A stretch of DNA of 64,000 bases from Myxococcota bacterium (lineage in GTDB: Bacteria > Myxococcota_A > UBA9160 > SZUA-336), in NCBI GenBank assembly GCA_965247115.1, contig CBDFGR010000003.1:384001-448000 (forward strand), read 5' to 3'. The notes under the pieces are model-generated. The model was given only the letters and a program-made list of their open reading frames with translations. It ran no database searches and was not told where the DNA came from. This document shows, one piece after another, positions 19,518-29,728 of the stretch (within the stretch, counting starts at the first letter, position 1; each line of letters begins with the position of its first letter). The translations under genes were made by a program, and so were the position numbers.

Positions 19518-19970
19518 ATGCCTATCAAAGTTCTCGAGCTTCATCATCACGCCGTATGTATGCCCAACAATCTCGTCGAGAAGATGGGCGAGTTCTACGA
19601 AGGAGTCATGGGGCTTGATAAGGACAAGGGACGGCCGGACATCCCTGGCATCCCCGGGTACTGGATGGATGTGCCGGGTGATGTGCAGATTCACCTGATG
19701 GGGAAGGAGGGTGAGTCGATCTACGCGCGTGGACCGGACAAGGATCCGGTGAACATGCACGTCGCTCTCGCGGTCCCGGACGTCGTCGAGGCTGAGGAAG
19801 AGCTGAAGCGCCTGAACATCGACTACTGGTCGCTGGAGAACGTCGCGGGCGCCCACCTGTCGCAGCTCTTCTTCCGGGATCCCGCCGGTAACCAGCTCGA
19901 GCTGCACGAGATCGGTCACTGCCGGTGCAACAAGAGCACCAGGGACGCGGCCGCGACTGCGAAAGAGTGA
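19518..19970 (+). CDS. VOC/glyoxalase family protein
   Basis: LHHHA, QIHL, HVALAV, FFRDPAGNQLEL. Confidence 0.85.
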   Translation: MPIKVLELHHHAVCMPNNLVEKMGEFYEGVMGLDKDKGRPDIPGIPGYWMDVPGDVQIHLMGKEGESIYARGPDKDPVNMHVALAVPDVVEAEEELKRLNIDYWSLENVAGAHLSQLFFRDPAGNQLELHEIGHCRCNKSTRDAAATAKE

Positions 19971-20012
19971 CGGCCGGGCTCAGGCTGTAGGACGCTCAGT
20001 CCGGGGGACGCC

Positions 20013-20363
20013 TTACAAGTCGTCCGGAGCGTACTGGATGAGCTGCTCGTCTGTCTGACGCGGCTCCTGCAACCCGACGATGTAGACAACCCGTTCGGCG
20101 ATCTCACCCTCGGCGTGCAGCGTACGCGCGGGGATCACGATCTTGTCACCGGGCCCGACTTGGTGGCGATTGCCGCTCTCCGCGTCGTCGAACCACGTGG
20201 TTCCCTCAATCAGGTAGGCGTGTACGTTGTAGTCGTGCCAGTGGACTGGGATTCCCGGCGAGGCGTTCGACACGAACGTGCTGGGCCAGTAGCCACTGGC
20301 CTTAATATCGTCGAATACCTCTTCCCGCTTCTCGAAGTACCCCTTCAACACCTCTAAGGCCAT
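20013..20363 (-). CDS. Cupin domain protein
   Basis: VHWHDY..GPGDKIVIPARTLHAE; start re-assigned to MALEVL. Confidence 0.7.
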   Translation of the reverse strand: MALEVLKGYFEKREEVFDDIKASGYWPSTFVSNASPGIPVHWHDYNVHAYLIEGTTWFDDAESGNRHQVGPGDKIVIPARTLHAEGEIAERVVYIVGLQEPRQTDEQLIQYAPDDL

Positions 20364-20677
20364 GTGAGTTCCCTTCGTTGTAGTTCCACCACCATCTTCG
20401 CCCGTCGGGCGCCCTCGGTCAACATCGGGGACGACGGTGGGAGCGCCCGCAATCGGCGCCTGACCCTTGACTGCTCGAGTCTGGGTTGCCTGTTTTAGAG
20501 CTGAGGGACCGGCTTTTGGTTCCCTGCCTAAAGCTCTGGAATCCTGCTGGTTTTGGGCCCGAAGTCGCGCCTGCGCTGCCTGATGGCCGGTCCGTGAGTC
20601 TGCAGGATTTTGTTGACAACGCACGTGCTCTAGGGGTGTAATCGCTGCGACTACTTTGCAGGGATGGAGGGAGAAAC

Positions 20678-23077
20678 ATGCCTGGTACGAATAAGCTTAG
20701 CTGGATGATTGGTCTGGTCACGTGTGCGCTGTTTATCTTCGCTGCTTCGAGCGCTTGGGCCGACGAGATGGACGAGCCGATGGCACCGGCCGGGGCCGCA
20801 GCGGTCGAGACGGAGCCGCAGGGGGAGACCGATCCGCAGGGGGAGACCGCAGGCGCCAGGCGGGGGATCGAGGAGATCACCGTCACCGCCAGGAGGCGGG
20901 AGGAGAGCCTGCTCGAGATCCCGGAGTCGATAGCCGCCTTCTCCGACGTCCAGATAGACCGGGCCAACATCAGCGGTCTCTCGGACATCGGTCTGCTCGT
21001 CCCCAACCTCTACATCGGTAAGCGGACGGACGGCTTTCCCAACGTCACCATGCGCGGCATGGGCTCGTTCGGCAATGTCCAGGGGGTTGGTTTCTACCTG
21101 GACGATGTCCAGCTCTTCGGGGATTCCTCTGGCCGCTTCGGTGACCTCGAGCGAATCGAGGTGTTGAAGGGCCCGCAGGGAGTCCTGCACGGCGGCACGA
21201 ATGTCGGTGGCGCCATCAAGTGGATCACGAAGCGCCCCGATCCGGACGGATTTTCGGGCCGCTTGAGGGTGGGTGGCGGTAAGGGTACCGAGGGCAACAA
21301 GGGCACCTTCTTCGACACGGAAGTCGAGGTGAACGTTCCGCTGCCGATGCTGGGGGAGACCTGGGCCGCGCGGGTGTTCGTCTACGGCGAGGACGATGAG
21401 GGGTACCTGAAGAAGCGAAACGACCCGCGCTTCAGTGGACTGCGCGGTACCGCCGATTCGGACATCATGGAGATGCATCGCTACGGGGTACGTGGCTCCA
21501 TCGCAGGCAACATCACGGAGCGTCTGTCGGTCTTCGCCACCCTGCGCTACCACGAGGAAGACGGGGGGAACGACTATTGGGGCCGCGAGACCACCGGTGG
21601 CAGTCTCAAGCACCCCGACACGAGGGTCAATAGCTTCAATGGGGAGCACTACAGGGAGACCTGGGCCTGGAGCGTGCAGCTGGACTATGACTTCGACGAC
21701 TTCACAATCACCTCTATCACCTCGAACACGGACACGGATTCGGATCGGGAGAGCGACGTGGACAACGTCCAGGAGTTCACGCTCGATCTGCTTCGGCTCC
21801 ACAGGATCGACGTGGTCACGCAGGAGCTGCGTTTTACCTCCACGGGAGATTCGCCGTTCCAGTGGCAGTTCGGCGGCTTCTATCAGAATTACGATCGGGA
21901 CCTGAATGGCGACCTGTACGTCTTCGGCGGCAGCACCTTGGCGTTCGACGACCCAAATTCAATCCCGGACCCCGCCACGGAGACAGACCAGGGGTTCAAC
22001 TTCGATGATCCGACGAGCCGCGATCCGGACGGGTTAATCGGCTGCAGTGACCCCATGCTCTGCCCGTCGTTCGTCTTCGAGCGCAGCAAACGGCAGCGCG
22101 ACAGTCACGCCGTGTTCGTGAATGGCAGCTATCGCTGGAGCGACTTCGAGTTCTCGGCCGGCTACCGATCCGACACCTGGGAATCGCAGCGGTTCAACGA
22201 CGACAGTGGCGTATCCGGCAAGCGGAAGCAGACCCAGAACCTGTTCCGTGGCAACGTGTCGTGGTTCCTCACTGACGAAGCGATGCTGTACCTAACCTAC
22301 TCTCAGGGCTTTGAGCCGGGCGACTTCAACCTGACGAGCTTCGAGGGCGTGCGTGACCTGTTCGGTTACGGGCCCGAGAGGGCGACGAACTACGAGCTCG
22401 GCTACAAGGGCCGCCTGTTTGACGACAGAGTCGTGCTGACCGCAGCTCTCTTCAAGACCGACTACAAGGACCGGCAAGCCGAGCTCCAGCTAGAGGCACC
22501 CACTGGCGAGGTGGTCGAGGGGATCATCAATGCGGGTGATTCCAGGAACCAGGGCTGGGAGGCGTCTGTGCAGTGGCTGATCCATCCCGATTGGACCGCC
22601 ACCGTCGATGGCGGCGTCATCAGCTCCGAATGGAAGAGCGGCACGACCTCGCCGGTCACGGGTCGCAGCATCTCGGGACGGACGCCGCTCAACCACGCCG
22701 ACTGGTCCTACGCCGTTGCGGTCGATTACGATCGCCAGCTCAACCTCGACACGAGGCTGTTCGGCCGGGCTCAGGTGCGGGCAAAGGGACCTGCCGCCAC
22801 CAACGCCCAGTTCTTCGATACGCCGGATGACAGCTTCGGACCCTGGGATAACGACCAGTTCACGGTCGTGGATCTCAATATGGGTGTCGAGTGGAAGCAG
22901 TTTGAATTCGGCCTCCGCATCGAGAACATCTTCGACGAGGAGTACTACATCGACGTCCAGGAGCTCGCGAACTTCGCCGGGTCGCTCTTCCAGCCCGGCG
23001 GCAGCCAGGAAAATATCATCATCGGCACCCTGGAGCAGTCCCGCCGTATCCGTGGGTACGTGCAGTGGCGTTTCTAA
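20678..23077 (+). CDS. TonB-dependent receptor
   Basis: Signal peptide, EEITVTARRREE, DLERIEVLKGPQG, C-terminal Phe. Confidence 0.93.
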   Translation: MPGTNKLSWMIGLVTCALFIFAASSAWADEMDEPMAPAGAAAVETEPQGETDPQGETAGARRGIEEITVTARRREESLLEIPESIAAFSDVQIDRANISGLSDIGLLVPNLYIGKRTDGFPNVTMRGMGSFGNVQGVGFYLDDVQLFGDSSGRFGDLERIEVLKGPQGVLHGGTNVGGAIKWITKRPDPDGFSGRLRVGGGKGTEGNKGTFFDTEVEVNVPLPMLGETWAARVFVYGEDDEGYLKKRNDPRFSGLRGTADSDIMEMHRYGVRGSIAGNITERLSVFATLRYHEEDGGNDYWGRETTGGSLKHPDTRVNSFNGEHYRETWAWSVQLDYDFDDFTITSITSNTDTDSDRESDVDNVQEFTLDLLRLHRIDVVTQELRFTSTGDSPFQWQFGGFYQNYDRDLNGDLYVFGGSTLAFDDPNSIPDPATETDQGFNFDDPTSRDPDGLIGCSDPMLCPSFVFERSKRQRDSHAVFVNGSYRWSDFEFSAGYRSDTWESQRFNDDSGVSGKRKQTQNLFRGNVSWFLTDEAMLYLTYSQGFEPGDFNLTSFEGVRDLFGYGPERATNYELGYKGRLFDDRVVLTAALFKTDYKDRQAELQLEAPTGEVVEGIINAGDSRNQGWEASVQWLIHPDWTATVDGGVISSEWKSGTTSPVTGRSISGRTPLNHADWSYAVAVDYDRQLNLDTRLFGRAQVRAKGPAATNAQFFDTPDDSFGPWDNDQFTVVDLNMGVEWKQFEFGLRIENIFDEEYYIDVQELANFAGSLFQPGGSQENIIIGTLEQSRRIRGYVQWRF

Positions 23078-23084
23078 CCGAGCA

Positions 23085-24845
23085 TCAGCGCTGATCCGGT
23101 AAGGCGAAGACCCATAGAACCCCCCCCTGCGGAACGTAGGTCGACGTTCCCAGGAGGGGGTTCAGCAGGTCCTGCTTGCGGGCCGCGTCCACGCCCCAGC
23201 CGGAGAGCACGGCCACGTACTGTACGCCGTCGACTTCGTAGGTGCTCGGTACGCCGGTGACGCCGGAGCTCGTGCGCTGCTTCCAGAGCGTAGCGCCGGT
23301 CTGCGCGTCGAAGGCCCGGAAGAAGCGGTCGTTGGTCCCGCCCATGAAGACGACGTTGCCCGCCGTCACGAGAACGGGGCCCCAGTTGTGGCTCTTGAAG
23401 GTCCGGGTCCAGACCTCCTTCGGCTCGTTCAGGCTCCAGGCCTGGAGCTCTCCAATGTGCTCCCTGGCGTCGTCGTGCAGCACCAGGCTGAACTCCTCGC
23501 CAGGGTCCGCCCCCATGTAGACCTGCCCCCGCCGGTACTCGACCTCCTTCCCCGCCATCGTGCCGCACAGGTTGTCGTTCGCGGGGATGTAGAGGTAACC
23601 CGTCTTTGGACTGTAGGCCGCGGGCGGCCAGTCCTTGCCGCCCCACCACGAGGGGCAAAACTGCGCACGCTTGCCGGTTCCCGGCTTGCGCGCCATGTCG
23701 TACTCGGGTCGACCGGAGCGCGGATCGATGCTCGTGAAGACATCCTGTCTGACGTACGCGCGGGCGTCGACGAAGCCGATCCGGTCGCGCGCCCGCTCGA
23801 GGAACCACAGGTAGCCGTTGCGCGCGGGGTGGACCAGGCCGTGAATCGTGCGCTTGCCCCTCTTGAAGTCGACCAGGATAGGGGCCGACACCTCATCCCA
23901 GTCCCAGGAATCGTTCCAGTGGTACTGGTGGTGGGCTCGGAGCGCGCCGGTGTCGGCGTCGAGCGCGATCACGGAGGTGGCATACAGATTGTCGCCGGGC
24001 CGCGTGTCGCCCATCCAGGGTCCACCGTTGCCGGTGCCCCAGTAGGTCAGGTTGAGAGCCGGGTCGTAAGAGCCCGTGATCCAGACGGGAACGCCTCCCG
24101 TCTTCCAGCTGGCTCCGCTCCAGGTCTCGCTGCCCGGCTCGCCCGGTGCCGGGATCGTGTAGGTCTTCCACGCGGGCTCGCCGCTCACGGCGTCGAACGC
24201 CGCGACGAAGCCCCGGATCCCGAACTCGCCGCCGGAGACGCCGACCATGACCTTGCCCCTGGCGACCATCGGGGCCAGCGTCATGTAGTAGCCCCCCGTG
24301 TAGTCCTCGACCTCGCGCTCCCAGACGACGACCCCGGTCCTGGCGTCGAGCGCCACCAGGAAGGCGTCCGCCGTCGCCAGATACACGAGCTCGCCGTACA
24401 GGGCGACGCCACGGTTCGTCGGGTGCATCTGGAACAGGTCTTCGGGTAGATCGCGCTCGTAGCGCCAGAGCAGATCGCCGGTACGCGCATCGAGAGCCAT
24501 CACCCGGTTGTGGGGCGTGCTGATGAACATCACGCCGTCGTTCACGATCGGCGGGGCCTGGTGTCCCTCCCGCATGCCCGTGGAGAAGGTCCATACGGGG
24601 ACGAGCCGGCTCGCGTTGGTGGTGTCGATCTGGTCCAGCTCGCTGTAGCCCCAGGAGTCGTAGGTGCCGCGGTACATGAGCCAGTTGCGCGGCTCGGGCT
24701 CGAGGAGCCGCTCGGCCGTGACCGGGCTGTACCTCGGCGGGGGGTCGGCCGAGCCAGCCAGCGGGAGTGAGCAGAGCACGAGCAGGGCGGGCAGCCAGCC
24801 TGCGCCCGGGAGCCAGGCGAGGCCTCGGTCGAGGCCCGACGTCAT
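23085..24845 (-). CDS. PQQ-dependent dehydrogenase (methanol/ethanol-like superfamily)
   Basis: WLMYRGTYDSWGYS.LDQI, TNRGVALY, GVSGGEFGIRG, WDWDE, GVQYVAV. Confidence 0.9.
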   Translation of the reverse strand: MTSGLDRGLAWLPGAGWLPALLVLCSLPLAGSADPPPRYSPVTAERLLEPEPRNWLMYRGTYDSWGYSELDQIDTTNASRLVPVWTFSTGMREGHQAPPIVNDGVMFISTPHNRVMALDARTGDLLWRYERDLPEDLFQMHPTNRGVALYGELVYLATADAFLVALDARTGVVVWEREVEDYTGGYYMTLAPMVARGKVMVGVSGGEFGIRGFVAAFDAVSGEPAWKTYTIPAPGEPGSETWSGASWKTGGVPVWITGSYDPALNLTYWGTGNGGPWMGDTRPGDNLYATSVIALDADTGALRAHHQYHWNDSWDWDEVSAPILVDFKRGKRTIHGLVHPARNGYLWFLERARDRIGFVDARAYVRQDVFTSIDPRSGRPEYDMARKPGTGKRAQFCPSWWGGKDWPPAAYSPKTGYLYIPANDNLCGTMAGKEVEYRRGQVYMGADPGEEFSLVLHDDAREHIGELQAWSLNEPKEVWTRTFKSHNWGPVLVTAGNVVFMGGTNDRFFRAFDAQTGATLWKQRTSSGVTGVPSTYEVDGVQYVAVLSGWGVDAARKQDLLNPLLGTSTYVPQGGVLWVFALPDQR

Positions 24846-24873
24846 GCGGATACTCCTCTTGCGCCAGAGGCGC

Positions 24874-25485
24874 TCACTGTGGCTGGAAGCCGACTCGCCT
24901 CGTAAAGCCGCTCACCACCCGGAGCTCCCCCGTGGCCACCTCCAGCGGGAGCATTGCGAGCGGCTTTGGGGCGGGACCACTGACGACGAGCGCGGCGTCG
25001 GTAGCTTCGAACTCGGAGCCATGACACGGGCACACGAGGCGCAGCGTTTCCCCCCGCCAGCCCGAGACATCGCAGCCTGTGTGCGTACACACGGCCGAGT
25101 AGGCCACGATCCCGTCGGCCGCACGCGAGGCCACCTTTGCTGACAGGGCGTCCGGGTCGAGCCGAATCACCAGCACCTGATTGAGCCGGGATCCGTCCCT
25201 GACCAGTCCCGACGACGATTCCACCGGATACGCGAGCAGGGGCGCGGCATCGCGCACCACGTGCTCCGCCAGGAGCTTCTTCCCGCGCTGCTCCCCAAAG
25301 GCGTAGACCAGACCATCGCCAGGCTGCGGGCGGAGCCGCTCCGGCGGCCGCCCCTGTCTCTGCGCGCGGGCGCCGGTCGGCCCGAGGCAGGCAACCGCCG
25401 CACCCAGCTGCAGCAGCGCACGCCGTGTCCAACGCAAAGACCGCCCGGTGAACTCTGCGGTCTCCTGGCGGCTCGGAGGGATCAA
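24874..25485 (-). CDS. Tat-exported Rieske [2Fe-2S] protein
   Basis: TRRALL signal; CTHTGC and CPCHGS. Confidence 0.88.
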   Translation of the reverse strand: MIPPSRQETAEFTGRSLRWTRRALLQLGAAVACLGPTGARAQRQGRPPERLRPQPGDGLVYAFGEQRGKKLLAEHVVRDAAPLLAYPVESSSGLVRDGSRLNQVLVIRLDPDALSAKVASRAADGIVAYSAVCTHTGCDVSGWRGETLRLVCPCHGSEFEATDAALVVSGPAPKPLAMLPLEVATGELRVVSGFTRRVGFQPQ

Positions 25486-25517
25486 GACCGCAAGACTATC
25501 TCACCTTCCGCCAAGGT

Positions 25518-26126
25518 CTACGTCGCCGGTCGCGGGTCTATGCGAAAGAACCAGATATCTTTGGGACCATCGGTCGGCGCCTCTCCCAGAGAAGCCGGCG
25601 CAACAATTTGCCCGGCCAGCTCCTCCATTCGCGAACGGAGTGTGGTCGCGAGCTCGGGATCGGTCACCCGCACCGCCTGGCGTTCGTAACGCTTGCCTGC
25701 AATGCGCAACACCACACGGCCATCACGGAGGGCATCCTCGTGCCAGCGCTTGAAGACGTAGATCACGTGTAGCACCCAGCGTTGGCGACCGGAGAACCTG
25801 CCCCACATGAAGCCGAGGTCGCAGGGCACGTAGAGTTGACCCTCGTGCACGAAAACCCCGGTAGTTCTGGATCTCGGCGGCTCGACGAGCTGGAGCTCGA
25901 CATAGGCAATCGGAACGGTTCCAAAGACTGGCACCAATGGTCCATTGGCGAATGACCACTCGACGTCTGGCGCGGACGCGAGCGTGCCCGTGCGCAGCTG
26001 CCCACCAGGGAATGGACCGATCGGGCCATCCGAGAAGCGGGCGACGACTACGCTCCCGACGGGCACCGCGACCAAGGCGAAGAGTGCGACCCCCAGTGCG
26101 ATCCCCAGCCAGCGCAGGATCCTCAT
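25518..26126 (-). CDS. Membrane-anchored hypothetical protein
   Basis: N-terminal hydrophobic helix, DGPIGPFPGG.L motif; GGAGG before ATG 26126. Confidence 0.6.
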   Translation of the reverse strand: MRILRWLGIALGVALFALVAVPVGSVVVARFSDGPIGPFPGGQLRTGTLASAPDVEWSFANGPLVPVFGTVPIAYVELQLVEPPRSRTTGVFVHEGQLYVPCDLGFMWGRFSGRQRWVLHVIYVFKRWHEDALRDGRVVLRIAGKRYERQAVRVTDPELATTLRSRMEELAGQIVAPASLGEAPTDGPKDIWFFRIDPRPAT

Positions 26127-26258
26127 GGCTTCCTCCAGACGCGATTCTCTCACGTTCCGAGTTGGGGGGATGGCATTCGCCTTCCCCGACTCTTCTTTGC
26201 TTGCAGAATGCCCGCAAGAGGCATTGAATGACGATCTCCACCAGCGCAGGAGCATCTC

Positions 26259-28430
26259 TTGAGCCGCACCCTTCTCATCGTGTTGATCGTCATCGTCGTG
26301 GCTGGCGGCCTCGTGTACTGGAGCCAGCGCGGATCCGAGCCGGCCCCACCGCCCGGACCCACCGCGCAAGGCGCTGAGTCGCCCTCGCCCACACTCGGAC
26401 GGGTCGGAGACGCGGAGCTACAGGATCCTGAGCTGGGCAGCTGGCCCGCCCACGGCCGGGATTACGCCGAACAGCGCTTCTCGCCTCTCACCCAGATCAG
26501 CAGAGACACGGTGAGCGGCCTGGGGCTCGCCTTCGCCGTGGACCTCGGCACGAAGTTCGCCCTCGAGGCGACCCCGCTGATGGTGGATGACACGCTGATC
26601 TTTCCCAGCAACTGGAACGTGGTGCACGCGCTCGACGCGACCACGGGCGAGGAGAAGTGGCGCTTCGACCCGCAGGTCCCGCGCGAGGCGCTCCGCGCCG
26701 CGATCGGGCCCATCAGCCGCGGCGTGGCCGTCTACCGCGGGAAGGTGTACGCGGGCACGCTCGACGGGCGCCTGATCGCGCTCGACGCCGGCACGGGGCA
26801 GAAGATCTGGGAAGTGGACACGATCGTCGATCACAATGTGCCGTACTCGATCACGGGTGCGCCGCGGGCCGCGAAGGGGAAGGTATTTATCGGGAACGGG
26901 GGCTCGGAGCTCGGAGCCCGCGGATACGTGACCGCCTACGACGCCGAGACAGGCGCACAGGTGTGGCGCTTCTTCACCGTGCCGGGCGATCCGTCGCTCC
27001 CGTTCGAGCATCCGGAGCTCGAGATGGCCGCCAAGACCTGGAAGGGCGGCGAGTGGTGGAAGTACGGAGGGGGCGGCACGGTCTGGAACTCCATCGTGTA
27101 CGACGAGGAGTTCGACCAGGTCTACCTCGGCGTCGGGAACGCGGTGCCGTGGAGCCGACTCAGCCGAGCGTCGGGCGGCGGCGACAACCTGTTCGTGGCG
27201 TCGATCGTGGCGGTCGACGCGGATACGGGTCGCATGAACTGGTACTACCAGACGACGCCGGGCGACAACTGGGACTACACCGCTGTACAGGACATGATCC
27301 TCGCGGATCTCGAGGTCGACGGCACGCCGCGCAAGGTGCTGATGCAGGCGCCCAAGAACGGCTTCTTCTACGTCATCGATCGGTCGGACGGCACGCTGCT
27401 GCGCGCGCATCCGTTCGTGGCGACCACGTGGGCGAGCCACGTCGACCTGGCGACCGGTCGGCCCGTCGAGAACGCCGCCACGAACTACGACGATGGACCC
27501 AAGTGGGTGCTGCCCGGTCCGCTCGGCGGGCACAACTGGCAGGCCATGTCCTTCGACCCGAGGAAGGGGATCGCCTACTTCCCGGCCCAGGATCGCCCCT
27601 TCATCTACGCCCTCCCTGACTCGCTCCGGGATTCGGGCTTTTACAAGATCAGACAGGGCGTGATGAACTTCGGAGTCGAGTTCGGACGAATCGCGGAGCT
27701 CACGGACCTCCCGGGCGAGCCCGAGTCCAAGGGCTATCTGAAGGCCTTCAACCCGCTGACGGGTGAGGAGCCCTGGGTGGTGGAACTCGAGCATTTCTGG
27801 AACGGCGGCTCGCTGGCCACGGCGGGCGACCTCGTCTTCCAGGGGAGCGCTATGGGGACGCTCGACGCCTACGACGCAGACACTGGAGAGCGTCTCTGGA
27901 GCTTCGACACCTACACGTCGATCCTCGCACCGCCCATCACGTACGCGGTCGATGGGGTCCAGCACGTCGCGATCCTGACGGGGACGGGCTTCGCCGAGAA
28001 CTTCAGCGGCTACGTGAACGACATCGCGTCTCACCGGTACGGCAATGGCGGGGAGCTGCTGGTCTTCAAGCTCGACGGCAGTGCAGAGATCGCCAGGCCC
28101 GCCCTGCTCGATTACACGATCCCGGAGCCCCCCGTGGTCGAGGCCTCGGCCGAGCAGCTCAAGCGCGGGGAGATCCTCTACCACGAGATCTGTTCCAGCT
28201 GTCACGGCGGAAAGGCGCAGTCCGCTGGGGTCATGCCCGACCTGCGTCTGATGAACGCCGCGACCCACCAGATCTTCGGCCAGATCGTGCTGGACGGGGT
28301 GTACCTGCCCCGGGGCATGGCCAGCTTCGCAGACGTCCTGAACGAGGACGACACGAACCTGATCCACGCCTACATCGTCTCTCGCGCTCGTGCGGACCGC
28401 ACAGAGGCGCTCGCCGGCGACGCGGAGTAA
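26259..28430 (+). CDS. Quinohemoprotein alcohol dehydrogenase-like (PQQ domain + cytochrome c)
   Basis: EQRFSPLTQI, GGGTVW, WDYT, GGHNW, C-terminal CSSCH. Confidence 0.9.
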   Translation: MSRTLLIVLIVIVVAGGLVYWSQRGSEPAPPPGPTAQGAESPSPTLGRVGDAELQDPELGSWPAHGRDYAEQRFSPLTQISRDTVSGLGLAFAVDLGTKFALEATPLMVDDTLIFPSNWNVVHALDATTGEEKWRFDPQVPREALRAAIGPISRGVAVYRGKVYAGTLDGRLIALDAGTGQKIWEVDTIVDHNVPYSITGAPRAAKGKVFIGNGGSELGARGYVTAYDAETGAQVWRFFTVPGDPSLPFEHPELEMAAKTWKGGEWWKYGGGGTVWNSIVYDEEFDQVYLGVGNAVPWSRLSRASGGGDNLFVASIVAVDADTGRMNWYYQTTPGDNWDYTAVQDMILADLEVDGTPRKVLMQAPKNGFFYVIDRSDGTLLRAHPFVATTWASHVDLATGRPVENAATNYDDGPKWVLPGPLGGHNWQAMSFDPRKGIAYFPAQDRPFIYALPDSLRDSGFYKIRQGVMNFGVEFGRIAELTDLPGEPESKGYLKAFNPLTGEEPWVVELEHFWNGGSLATAGDLVFQGSAMGTLDAYDADTGERLWSFDTYTSILAPPITYAVDGVQHVAILTGTGFAENFSGYVNDIASHRYGNGGELLVFKLDGSAEIARPALLDYTIPEPPVVEASAEQLKRGEILYHEICSSCHGGKAQSAGVMPDLRLMNAATHQIFGQIVLDGVYLPRGMASFADVLNEDDTNLIHAYIVSRARADRTEALAGDAE

Positions 28431-28511
28431 TCGGAACGCGGTCCGCGGACATCGTGGACCACGCGGCGGCTGAGGCGTTGCCCGACCGTCTGGAGATCGG
28501 CTGGATCGGGC

Positions 28512-28922
28512 TTAGTCGCCAGGCCTGCGGTCGAAGGTCGCGGCGCCTTCCGGCACGTGGTGGAAGCTCTGCTTGTCGCACAGGAAGATCGCCATCTGGG
28601 GCTCCCCATAGGCGCCAGGATCGTCGAGCGTGCCCACCTTCAGGATCACGTTCCCCGGCACGCGGGGCGACTTCGCCAGGATGTGCGTGCCGCAGTCAGC
28701 GCAGAACTCGCGGGTCACCGGGCTGTCGAGGTCGCTGCGCCGGAACTCCTTCGGGGAGCCCTTGGTGTACGAGAAGCCCGCCTCTGGAAGCGCCATCAGC
28801 ACGTTGGGGTTCCCTCCCGAGATGTACTGGCACTCGCGACAATGGCACTGACCCTTGAACAGGGGGTCTCCCGTCGCCTGGTAGCGCACCGCTCCGCAGT
28901 AGCACCCACCTTCGAAAGCCAT
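28512..28922 (-). CDS. GFA family protein
   Basis: GGCYCGAVRY, CHCRECQ, FCADCGT. Confidence 0.92.
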   Translation of the reverse strand: MAFEGGCYCGAVRYQATGDPLFKGQCHCRECQYISGGNPNVLMALPEAGFSYTKGSPKEFRRSDLDSPVTREFCADCGTHILAKSPRVPGNVILKVGTLDDPGAYGEPQMAIFLCDKQSFHHVPEGAATFDRRPGD

Positions 28923-29034
28923 CGCGTGTCTCCTTCTGCACGATCTTGCCTGAGCCTATCACGCTCGCTGCCGCAGCGGCGACGTCGCTATCCGGAGCCG
29001 GCTTTGGCGTGTGAGTACTGGTAGCCTGGGGAGA

Positions 29035-29712
29035 ATGCCCGTGTCGGCGGCAAACAAATCTGTCGTGAAGAGGGCTCCGCGCGTCTCGCTCGACGAGCTC
29101 GCCATCCACCGGCTCACGCCAAAGCGGATGGACGATCTGCGCCGTGTCCTCAGTGGAAGCTGGGGGAGCGGGTGTTGGTGCATGTTTCCCCGGTTGACCA
29201 AGGCCCAAGAGGACGCACTTCCCGGACCCGGAGGGGACTCCGAGCGACGCAAGCGAGCCATGACCAAACTGGCTCGCCGGCGCCGCGCACCTGGACTCCT
29301 GGCGTATCTGGACGGAGAAGCCGTCGGCTGGGTCGCGGTCGCTCCTCGCGGCGAGCTGAACCGCGTCGACGCGTCGCGTGCCACCCCCCGCGTGGACGAG
29401 GTCGACGTGTGGGTGGTTCCGTGTGTCACCGTACGCAAGCGAGCTCGAGGCCGTGGAATCGCGCTAAATCTCGTCCGGGCCGCGGTTGACTATGCCACCC
29501 AGCAGGGGGCGCCCGTGGTAGAGGCCTACGCTCGGGCCGGCAAGCAGCGAGTGAACGACGACGGCGCCTACTACGGGACCGAGTCCCTCTACCGCAAGGC
29601 GGGGTTTCGCGTGGTCCGGAAGCCGCTTCCAAACCAGCCAAAGAACTGGACTCCCCGCGTGACCATGCGGATCAACTGCAGTACGCCCTCGATATGCCCG
29701 GAACCCCACTGA
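29035..29712 (+). CDS. GNAT family acetyltransferase
   Basis: CWCM, GLLAY...VGW, RGRGIA, VEAY, AGF. Confidence 0.82.
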   Translation: MPVSAANKSVVKRAPRVSLDELAIHRLTPKRMDDLRRVLSGSWGSGCWCMFPRLTKAQEDALPGPGGDSERRKRAMTKLARRRRAPGLLAYLDGEAVGWVAVAPRGELNRVDASRATPRVDEVDVWVVPCVTVRKRARGRGIALNLVRAAVDYATQQGAPVVEAYARAGKQRVNDDGAYYGTESLYRKAGFRVVRKPLPNQPKNWTPRVTMRINCSTPSICPEPH

Positions 29713-29728
29713 CGGACGGAGACCGACG

